Below, in pieces: positions 53,084-60,994 of a stretch of DNA of 64,000 nt (position 1 is its first letter; the number at the start of each line of letters is the position of its first letter). The stretch spans positions 55,725-119,724 of the forward strand of contig DAHWNW010000002.1 of NCBI GenBank assembly GCA_027339745.1. The letters are read 5' to 3'. This DNA is from Nitrososphaerota archaeon (GTDB lineage Archaea > Thermoproteota > Nitrososphaeria > Nitrososphaerales > Gagatemarchaeaceae). Below the pieces are notes generated by a model, which saw only the letters and a list, made by a program, of their open reading frames with translations, did no database searches and had not been told where the DNA came from. Made by a program: the position numbers and the translations under genes.

Positions 53084-56062
53084 TTAGACGGTGACGGAGA
53101 TTGATGTAGATACTGATACGGGCAGGTTACCCGTGGTGAAGACGAAGATGCTCACAGAGTAGGTGCCGCTCGCGAGGCCTACCGGCTCCGCGATGAACAC
53201 CGACTGCGTCACACCTGCCCCGACTGTGAGGCTCCCTGTCCCGATGCCCACCGTCTGGCCGGCGCCGTTCTTATAGACGGCGAAGACCACGACGCTCTGA
53301 GCGGTCGGGTTCAGGTTGGTGTACGACGCGCTGATGCCTGAGAACGAACCTATCGTCGCTGATTGTGGGGTGCCTGAGACCACGAAGGACTGTGCGAACG
53401 GGACGGTCACGTGGACGGTCAGCGTTTGGCTGCTGTTCACGTTGCCCGCTAGGTCTGCCGCGCTCAGTGCGATGCTCCAGTTCCCGGTCGTGAGACCGGA
53501 GATGGTGACACCGTACGTCACGCTGTGCCCGACGTTATTGGTGCCGGACACGCTGACCGACAGGGTCTGCGTGGCTGAGGTCTGGATGTTGGTCGCCACT
53601 GCGCTGACGCTGGATGAGTTGAGGTCACCCAGACTGTCGGTGATCGTGGCGGTTACCGTCGCTGGCGAGGAGATGTTAGCGTTGGGGACCGTCACGAAGT
53701 TGACGCTCGGAGCGCTCGTGTCGACGAGCACCGAGTAAGTCCCTGTCTGTGCGGTGTTCCCATTGCTGTCGGTGGCGTTGAACGATATGGTGTGCAGACC
53801 CGCGCCAATGTTGACCGCGATTGCCCAAGTGACCTGGTTCGCCGTCTCTGACGAGCAACTCGACAGAGTCCCTGCAGTGTAGCAGACCGACGCGATGGTC
53901 GCTGCTGCCACGCCGGTGGTCGGATAACCGATCGAGGCGTTCGCGCTGCCGTGGAATACGACAGGCGTGCTATTTGCATAGATCACGCCGGACATTGGAA
54001 GCGGTGAGCTGACACCTATTGTTGGATTCGCGCTGACCACGCCGATGGTCGTTTCACCGGAGACTGCCTGCCCTGCGACCACGCCAGTAGCGGTGATCTT
54101 GGCGGTCCCTAGTGTCGACGGAGCGGTGTAGATTACCGCACCGAAGGACGACCCTGTGGTGGAGTGGCCTGCAGTGATGTAGACGTTTGTCGCTGAGAGG
54201 AGACCCGTAGACGCCGCCAGGTTCACCTGGAGCGTGTTGGCATTCGCGGCGAGCGTCACATCGTTCCCGTAGGCATCTACCAGGGTTACGTCGAGGTAGA
54301 GCGTCCCTGAGGAGACGGTGTTGGTCGCTGGGCCGCTGAAGACCGGCGGGTTCCCTGACGCGTAGTAGTAGGCGTTAACCTTGAACGAGGCCGCGGGGCC
54401 TGCTGCTGTTGTTGCCTGCGGTACTGTCCCGGTTACGTTGGCTAGGTCGTGGGTCGGCGCGGCGTAGGTGGGCGCGGTCGCGTTCATCGTGAACGTGACT
54501 TCGGCGCCTTCCAGCGTGTCGACCTTGAAGGAGGTTTGGACCATCCCTGAGCTGTTGGTGTCTAGGGTGATGTATTGGAGTCCGTTGGAGAAGGTACCCA
54601 CGTAGGCACCGTCACCCAGCGTCACTGCGCCGGTTCCTGGCAAGTCCAGGGCGATGTTCACTGGAACACCCTGCTGGACTGTAGGGAGCGTGGCGTAGAC
54701 GCTGATTGAAGAGCCCGCCGTTGGAGCGGCGTTGCTGACGGCCGGGGTGGGCGACGTCGCTGAGAAGGTCCCTGTAGTCGCTGTCCCGCTGTTACCGGCT
54801 ATTGTAAAGGCGGTAGCTCCCGCCCCATAAGTTCCGCTTATGGTGGCGCTGAACTGACCGACAGAACCATAGACGCCGGACTGGAAGTAGTTGTACGGGA
54901 GGTCCCCGCTGACCGCGCTGCCGGTGCCGTATGGCGTGGCGATGCACGCGGCGTTCGTTGTGCAGCTGACGGTTGAGGGGAGGTTGGTGGTGTCGAAGAC
55001 GCCGCTTGCCGAGAGGGCGGTCAAGGAGACCGAGCTGACGACGAGGTTGGCTGTGTTGAAAGCAATCGAGTTGCCGAACTTGTCGGCGATCGAATAGGTG
55101 CCGCTCGCGGCTGCGAGTTCAGCACCGGTGAAGGTAGTGTGGGTCGTTGGCGAGGTGTTTGTGGTAGTCCCTTGGGTGCTGAGGTAGTTGCTGGATTCGC
55201 CGCTTATGAGGAATGTTACCTCTGAGGGCGCACCAGGTCCTGTAGCTATACTGCTCGGGGCTGGCGTGATTGCGGTGCTGGTCCCGGCTGACGCCTTTAT
55301 GGCTGAGGGGCCATCGGCTACCGTGTCAGTCGGCTGGAATGTCGTGCTTGCGACACCTCCGTTCGCGCTAGCTGCAGTCACCCCCGTTGTGGGAGAGACT
55401 GTGCCGTAGGTGGACGTCACCGCCCACTCAATCGGCACGCCAGCGTTGCCGAGGTTGTTCGTTGTGGTGAGGGTCACCGTTGGGTTGCATGCGGGCGTAC
55501 CTGCTGTGTAGGTCCCGGTCACGCAAGAGTCGGTGGCACCGTATGAGATTGCGAGAGCCGCTGAAGCGCCGACGGAGTACAGCTTCTGGGTCGGTCCTGC
55601 GTAGTACGCGGCCGAAGAGCCGTCCTGAACCGTCGTCGTCACCGTCCCGGTTATCGCGTTGGCGGTAGACGGAGCGGGGGCTGTCGCGATGCTGAAGAAG
55701 TCAAATGTGGTGACGGATGCCCCCGGCGAGAGCGCAAGCGTGCAAGACACGCTAGACGAGGTCGAGTGGCAGCCATAGTCTGAAGTTTCGTAGTTAGCTG
55801 TCGAGAATGTCCATCCCGACGGCGCTGTGATCGTCAAGGCCGTGAGAGCGTAGGCGTTGCTGCTCGGGTTCGACACCGTTATCGCCTCCGAGGCAGAGCC
55901 AGACACTACGTTCTGACTAAGTGTGACAGTTGGGGGAGAGGCGTTCGCGGCGCTCACCGGCGTCACCAAGGGCACCAGGATGAGTAGAGCCGAAAACGCT
56001 AGGAGTGAGAGTAGAAGTCCTGAGCTAAATTTTCTTTGATACGCATTCGTAGGCGTATACAT
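53084..56062 (-). CDS. SlaA-like large secreted surface (S-layer candidate) protein, no membrane anchor
   Basis: Signal peptide 'FSSGLLLSLLAFSALLILVPLVTPVSA'. 992 aa rich in Thr/Ser/Ala/Gly/Val with many N-x-S/T sites and no C-terminal TM. Immediately upstream of the anchored coiled-coil protein. Confidence 0.6.
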   Translation of the reverse strand: MYTPTNAYQRKFSSGLLLSLLAFSALLILVPLVTPVSAANASPPTVTLSQNVVSGSASEAITVSNPSSNAYALTALTITAPSGWTFSTANYETSDYGCHSTSSSVSCTLALSPGASVTTFDFFSIATAPAPSTANAITGTVTTTVQDGSSAAYYAGPTQKLYSVGASAALAISYGATDSCVTGTYTAGTPACNPTVTLTTTNNLGNAGVPIEWAVTSTYGTVSPTTGVTAASANGGVASTTFQPTDTVADGPSAIKASAGTSTAITPAPSSIATGPGAPSEVTFLISGESSNYLSTQGTTTNTSPTTHTTFTGAELAAASGTYSIADKFGNSIAFNTANLVVSSVSLTALSASGVFDTTNLPSTVSCTTNAACIATPYGTGSAVSGDLPYNYFQSGVYGSVGQFSATISGTYGAGATAFTIAGNSGTATTGTFSATSPTPAVSNAAPTAGSSISVYATLPTVQQGVPVNIALDLPGTGAVTLGDGAYVGTFSNGLQYITLDTNSSGMVQTSFKVDTLEGAEVTFTMNATAPTYAAPTHDLANVTGTVPQATTAAGPAASFKVNAYYYASGNPPVFSGPATNTVSSGTLYLDVTLVDAYGNDVTLAANANTLQVNLAASTGLLSATNVYITAGHSTTGSSFGAVIYTAPSTLGTAKITATGVVAGQAVSGETTIGVVSANPTIGVSSPLPMSGVIYANSTPVVFHGSANASIGYPTTGVAAATIASVCYTAGTLSSCSSETANQVTWAIAVNIGAGLHTISFNATDSNGNTAQTGTYSVLVDTSAPSVNFVTVPNANISSPATVTATITDSLGDLNSSSVSAVATNIQTSATQTLSVSVSGTNNVGHSVTYGVTISGLTTGNWSIALSAADLAGNVNSSQTLTVHVTVPFAQSFVVSGTPQSATIGSFSGISASYTNLNPTAQSVVVFAVYKNGAGQTVGIGTGSLTVGAGVTQSVFIAEPVGLASGTYSVSIFVFTTGNLPVSVSTSISVTV

Positions 56063-56089
56063 TTATTTTCAGGGTTGCGGCCAGGATTC

Positions 56090-56098
56090 TATATATAA
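56090..56098 (-). promoter_or_regulatory. TATA box (TTATATATA on the minus strand) for the 992-aa surface protein gene
   Basis: Centred about 32 nt upstream of the ATG at 56060-56062 and preceded by an A/T-rich stretch. Consistent with a short-leader or leaderless strong promoter. Confidence 0.55.
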
Positions 56099-56566
56099 CC
56101 GTAGTGGACAAATGGTCTACTTTCGCGCAGACTATAGGAGAAAAGCGCCGCCCTACGCTCTTTCGAGGAATAGGAGGCAGAACCGAACGAATCGAGCGGC
56201 CAGAAGAGAGGAACGCCGGTATTGGCCGCTGCCGGCCGACCGCCTGGCTGCTGCGGTTCGCCAGGTTCGCCGTTTTATGCGGAACATGGGGTCCCCGGCT
56301 TGCCTTTGACCGATCCCCGGAAGATGGGCACTAGAGCCAGCACCCAATCAGGTTAAAACACATCCAACATCAGGATGGCAGGCATATTGCTGGCCGCGAA
56401 TCTGCTCAGGAGCGAAGGTGAATTCACCCGGATTGCAGGCGGGAAGGGAATCGGTGCCGCGGGCAGGACGTCGCTACTTGAGAGAGGGCGCCCTGAACCC
56501 CCTCGGCGGGCCAGCCTCAAGGTGAGCTAGACGGCTTCGCCATTCTACGCGGGCTACATCCTCTAC

Positions 56567-58354
56567 TTGGCCTCGGTTCTTGTTCCTGGGTACGGCATTG
56601 GGGAACTCGCCGGAAGATGGAAGGGAGGGGACGACCTCATCCACCGGATCGGGCATTCACTCGGCTACGGGCTAGCTGTCGACACGGCGGTCTTGGTCAT
56701 AGAGACCACCGGTTTCAGATTTGGTGGAATCGCCCTCGTGGGGCTGGACGTCTACTCTCTCTATTTCCTCGTCGCCCTCGGAGCCGTCATGTACCTGGTG
56801 GCGGTCGTGCGAAGGCGGAGGGTCGCAGGGTTGCCTAGGGTCGACAAGGAGTCGATAGGCGTCCTTGGATGCGTGGCGGTGATCGGCGCCATCGCTTGGC
56901 TCTATTTCGTGTCCTATCCGATCTTTCCTCGGGACTACAACCCCGACTTCATAGCCTTGGTGGGCTCCCCTCGCGAGCTGATCAGTGGCACCCTGACCTC
57001 CATCCCCAGGTTAGTGCTTTACGGCGCGGGATACTACCAGACCGCCGCTGCGTTCCTAGCCGTCGGCTCTACGGGGATTCAGACAGCCCAGGTCTCGATG
57101 TCCATCCTGGCAACCCTGTCCCCCACCTTGGTGTATGCGACGACGCTCAGTCTCACTGGCGACAAGCGAAGCGGGTTGTTGGTCACGGCGATCTACTCCC
57201 TGTCAGGGAGCATCTGGACGCAGATGGTGTTCGTGGATGGCCTTTATCCGAACTTCGTCGGGACTCTGCTCGAGCTCGTCCTCTTGGTCACGTTCATCGA
57301 CCTCGCCAAGAACCCCCGCAGCCGTTCGCTCTGGCTGCTTTCGGCGCCAGTCGTCCTAGCCGCATACTTTTCGCACTATTCGGTTCTCTCTGTCTTCGGT
57401 ACATTCGCGATCCTGTCGTTGGCCCTTGCGATGATGAGGAGCCCGCAATTCAAAGGGACGGCTGTCGCAACCATCGCATTCCTTATCCCCGGAGCTCTTG
57501 GCGCCCTGGCGTTCAGAAGGCAGCTCGACTTGGCGCTGGTCATCTCTTACACCAGCGGCGCCCCGCAGCCGCTGACCACCTATCTTTCGAAAGCGCTCAG
57601 CTTTCTGCCGTCTATAGCCTACCTTGCATTTGACGTGAGGAATGACATCGGGTTTCTGGCCGCCATTACGTTGTTGGCCTTCTCGTTGTACAGAGGGTAC
57701 AAGCGCAAGGATTACGCCATTCTCCCCTTCGCCATCTGGTTCTTCGCTTTGCTGATCGCCTCCCCACAGGACTACGCTGCTTGGAGGTTCGAGCTCGAAG
57801 CGATAATGCCCTTGACGATACTAGCCGGGTACGGGCTGAACTCGATGATACCGAGCACAAGGGCTCGCAAACAGGCGAGATTGAGGAAAGGCGACCCCTA
57901 CAAGTTCGCCGCCGTGATGTTCGTACTCCTCTTCCTGACCCCGATAGTTGCTACTGGATGGGCGTCATCGTTCACGCAGAGCCTCGCGCTAGAGTCTGGC
58001 AAACAAGCGACGGTACAGTCACAGGTCAACGCGACCATGACCTGGCTCGAGGAGAACACACCCCCTTCCTCGTCTTTTCTTTCGGTCACAGACCCGACTT
58101 TCTTGTACTCGGCGCTTCAGATAGGGCATAACTGCACCTATGAGTACATGGGGAACGAGACCCAGGCTATCTCCTATGCCAGGTCCAACGGCCTCTCCTA
58201 CATCATCGTCACCAAGCACGATGTGTTCTTCAGCCAGGTCTTGCAGCCGGCCAACGACTCAGCCCCGTATCTCCCATGGTTCACGTACAAACCTACCGCT
58301 GGCGTGACTTTGGTCTATTACAATCCTAACGTCCGGGTGTTCCAAGTGTCCTGA
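56567..58354 (+). CDS. GT-C-like polytopic membrane glycosyltransferase candidate (AglB/STT3- or PMT/ArnT-like architecture, no WWDYG)
   Basis: About a dozen hydrophobic helices, then a soluble C-domain of about 130 aa. The first loop has 'FPRDYNPDF'. After the last TM, 'WLEENTPPSSSFLSVTDPTF' occupies the place of 'W(L/I)xxNTPxxxxVxSWWDYG'. TTG start. Confidence 0.55.
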   Translation: MASVLVPGYGIGELAGRWKGGDDLIHRIGHSLGYGLAVDTAVLVIETTGFRFGGIALVGLDVYSLYFLVALGAVMYLVAVVRRRRVAGLPRVDKESIGVLGCVAVIGAIAWLYFVSYPIFPRDYNPDFIALVGSPRELISGTLTSIPRLVLYGAGYYQTAAAFLAVGSTGIQTAQVSMSILATLSPTLVYATTLSLTGDKRSGLLVTAIYSLSGSIWTQMVFVDGLYPNFVGTLLELVLLVTFIDLAKNPRSRSLWLLSAPVVLAAYFSHYSVLSVFGTFAILSLALAMMRSPQFKGTAVATIAFLIPGALGALAFRRQLDLALVISYTSGAPQPLTTYLSKALSFLPSIAYLAFDVRNDIGFLAAITLLAFSLYRGYKRKDYAILPFAIWFFALLIASPQDYAAWRFELEAIMPLTILAGYGLNSMIPSTRARKQARLRKGDPYKFAAVMFVLLFLTPIVATGWASSFTQSLALESGKQATVQSQVNATMTWLEENTPPSSSFLSVTDPTFLYSALQIGHNCTYEYMGNETQAISYARSNGLSYIIVTKHDVFFSQVLQPANDSAPYLPWFTYKPTAGVTLVYYNPNVRVFQVS

Positions 58355-58522
58355 ACCCCGCACGATGGGGCGGTGCCTCCGCACGTACGCCGCAAGCCCC
58401 CGGGGCATCTGGGGAGCGCTTGTTTGGGAGCATGGATGATTGATGCGGAAGAGGCAAGCGACATCGAATGACCTCTTTGCCAAGACATTCTCTTCGTCGG
58501 TGCTCCTTGGCCCGAGTCCTGT

Positions 58523-59110
58523 CTACGAGATGGTGATCTTCCCTGAAATCTGCGTACCAATTATAGAAAAGGTGGATGTGCCGGCGGTCTGGAAGACCCA
58601 AGTGAACCCCTGCCCAGGAGCAAGCGCGAAGTCCCCGACCCCCCCTACGCTCAGCGTCACGCTTGTTGTCCCGGTGTTGACCCACTCCACCGGGGTGACC
58701 GAATGGAGGGCTGCGGCCTCGGTATCATTGAATCCTTGCTGCGAGACCCCTATGACGACTTTGATCGGCGTGTAAATCCCTACGGCGTAGGCTGTCTTAC
58801 CTGACTCGAGCACCAGGCTGTGCTCAGGGGGGGTGACGTACCATTTGACCTGGGGGAAGGTGACAGTATACGGGCCTTGGGTCATAGTAGCGTTGTAGGG
58901 AGTAAGGACGCTGTTTCCATCCACAGTGGCCTGGACTCGGATTTCGGACGTCCCACCGCTCCCGTTCTCCAGGTACGCGTTCACCACGAGGGTCCCGGTG
59001 CCCGGACCCACAGAGGTGACCAATGCGTAGAACACGGCGGCTCCTACTATGACAATAGGCACCATGAAGAGAATCGTCCCGATCCTTCGGCGGCGTGATG
59101 CACCTTTCAA
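58523..59110 (-). CDS. N-terminally anchored extracytoplasmic protein (PEGA-like plus cupredoxin-like beta domains)
   Basis: 'RRRRIGTILFMVPIVIVGAAVFYALV' signal anchor, 'VQATVDGNSVLTPYNATMTQGPYTVTF' PEGA-like segment, and a C-terminal beta-rich domain with no obvious Cu ligands. Confidence 0.5.
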   Translation of the reverse strand: MKGASRRRRIGTILFMVPIVIVGAAVFYALVTSVGPGTGTLVVNAYLENGSGGTSEIRVQATVDGNSVLTPYNATMTQGPYTVTFPQVKWYVTPPEHSLVLESGKTAYAVGIYTPIKVVIGVSQQGFNDTEAAALHSVTPVEWVNTGTTSVTLSVGGVGDFALAPGQGFTWVFQTAGTSTFSIIGTQISGKITIS

Positions 59111-59738
59111 ATGGAATTCGGCCTCGCGAGACGTCCCCTTTGGAACATGGTAAGCAGCTTTCCAGATACCCTTCCCGAACGCCAGAAAAACGTTATCGAA
59201 GAGGGTGGTCCTTCGGGGTCACCCGACATGCTGGGTCTTTTGCGCGGCTGTAGAGGTTCGAAGGGGCGAAGAATCACCGTGAGCGGCATAGCTCAGAAGG
59301 CAGATGCCCTCCGGCGGTTCTCTGCCGAGCACTGAGCCGTATGTAGTCGCGGCATTCTGGACGCGCCCGCAGGTCAGTTGGACCAGGTCGCGTTGTCTGC
59401 TGCCTTAGGAATTGACTCAGTTTCGATGGCAGAACAACATATGCTTCTTCGGCTGTCGCAGACAGGCGCTTGGGAACGCGACTTCCATCTGGTATCTGGG
59501 CGAGGTATCTGGGGTAGAGCTACCCTCCCAATGCGGTGTCGGGGATACTGCTGGACGATTCAACGCTCTTCGTTTTGCATCCAGTTGCCGCGTACGCCGC
59601 CCTTCGGTGTAACCTCCAATGCGAGCACAAGATTAGGAGCGGGGACGGAACTCAACCGCCTTGGTAGCGGACCTCTTGTGACGCTTGTCTGCAGTTCCCG
59701 GCCAAGGGAGATATATGGGCAGAGGAGAGCGCCCCTTC

Positions 59739-60641
59739 ATGGACGTCACAGTGCTCATACCAGCTCACAATGAGGAGGGCACGATAGCGAAGGTCATCGT
59801 AAAGGCCAAGGAGCACTCGAACCGAGTGGTAGTCTGTGACGACGGGTCCACCGACATGACCGGGAGGATCGCTGAGTCTCTGGGAGCCGAAGTAATCAGA
59901 ACCTCGCACAACCTTGGCTACGGAGCCGCACTTTCGACCCTTTTGACAAGGGCCAAGGAAATAGGAGCGGGCGTCGTGGTGACGCTCGACGGAGACGGGC
60001 AGCACGACCCCGACGAGATCCCCATAGTGATAGAGCCTTTGCTCAAAGGAGAGGCAGACATAGTGATAGGCTCGCGGTTTCTGGCCGGTGACCGCAAGAT
60101 GCCGAGGTATAGGACCGTGGGGATAAAGGCGATCACAGGCCTCTCCAACAGTGTGGGAGACCTCAAGGTGTCAGACGCACAGTCGGGGTTCAGGGCGTAC
60201 GCCCTCGACGCAATCTCATCGGTCTTACCTACTGAGCTCGGCATGGGCGCGAGCACCGAGATCCTTCTTAAAGCAAGCCGGGCAAGCTTAAGGATTGTCG
60301 AGGTCCCCATCAACGTGTCATACGAGAAAGGGGCAAGCAGGAACCCTGTCTATCACGGGGTTGAAGTCGTCTTTGCGACCATCAAGCACGTATCGATACT
60401 CCATCCGCTGATCGTCTATGGTATCCCAGGGTTCGCGTTCATGTTGTACGGGTTGTATCTAGGATCGAACGCTCTACGTATCTACGAAGACGTCCACAAG
60501 GTGATAATCGGCACAACGCTAATTTCGATGGGAGCCATCCTGGTCGGGCTCATATTGGCCATTACAGCGCTGATAATCTGGATCATGATATCAGTGGTGC
60601 GGAGCCCCCTGTATCAAGCCGGGCGCACGACGCCTGCTTAG
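59739..60641 (+). CDS. GT2 dolichyl-phosphate sugar synthase-like glycosyltransferase (DPM1/GtrB-like) with C-terminal TM helices
   Basis: 'VTVLIPAHNEEGTI', 'VVVCDDGSTDMT', 'VVTLDGDGQHDP', 'GFRAY', then two hydrophobic helices at the C-terminus. ATG at 59739; alternative starts at 59685 and 59715. Confidence 0.8.
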   Translation: MDVTVLIPAHNEEGTIAKVIVKAKEHSNRVVVCDDGSTDMTGRIAESLGAEVIRTSHNLGYGAALSTLLTRAKEIGAGVVVTLDGDGQHDPDEIPIVIEPLLKGEADIVIGSRFLAGDRKMPRYRTVGIKAITGLSNSVGDLKVSDAQSGFRAYALDAISSVLPTELGMGASTEILLKASRASLRIVEVPINVSYEKGASRNPVYHGVEVVFATIKHVSILHPLIVYGIPGFAFMLYGLYLGSNALRIYEDVHKVIIGTTLISMGAILVGLILAITALIIWIMISVVRSPLYQAGRTTPA

Positions 60642-60720
60642 GGTCACATCAGGGGCGCATGGTCCTCCACTCACACCGAGCGACCCGGACTTACGCCAAC
60701 CTTTTCGCGAGGAAGACGCG

Positions 60721-60845
60721 TCATCGCTGGCCGAGCGGTAACCGGGCCCCTGGAAGACCTGCCCGGTCTCGGCCAGGGCCGACCGCGTATCGCCAAGGTG
60801 GGCCTGAAGCATGAGTGGTACCGCTCCTCTTCTGGGCGTCGATGA
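60721..60845 (+). pseudogene. tRNA-Ser(GGA)-like sequence, apparently degenerate (pseudogene or tRNA-derived relic)
   Basis: 'UGGCCGAGCGGUAA' class-II D-arm 14-mer (60728-60741). Anticodon stem GGCCC/GGGCC encloses loop CUGGAAG|A, interrupted by an 18-nt segment at 37/38 with a BHB-like helix. However, the 3' D-stem is missing, the T-loop is non-consensus and the acceptor stem is imperfect. Confidence 0.3.
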
Positions 60846-60994
60846 AAACGGACTCTACGAGGTCCCATTGGACCAAGAATCGAAAGTTCAAGGGCGGGTT
60901 TGATCACGACGCTGTAAGATGGGAGCCGTGGGACAGTCAGGCTGGCCCGGCGAGCGGCGCAAAATTATTATCAGCAAGGCTGACTGCGTCCTGA

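Noticed and set aside
56567-58354. Calling the 595-aa membrane protein a bona fide AglB oligosaccharyltransferase.
   Set aside because: No WWDYG (or WWDxG) motif occurs anywhere in the protein. Only the architecture and the 'WLEENTP' context resemble STT3/AglB, so it is reported as a GT-C-like candidate of unknown specificity.
59282-59592. Possible multi-intron tRNA seeded by 'UAGCUCAG' at 59289-59296, with GAGC at 59327-59330.
   Set aside because: No anticodon arm with U33 and no T-arm adjacent to the only partial acceptor complement (59586-59592). An 8-mer match is expected by chance in 64 kb.
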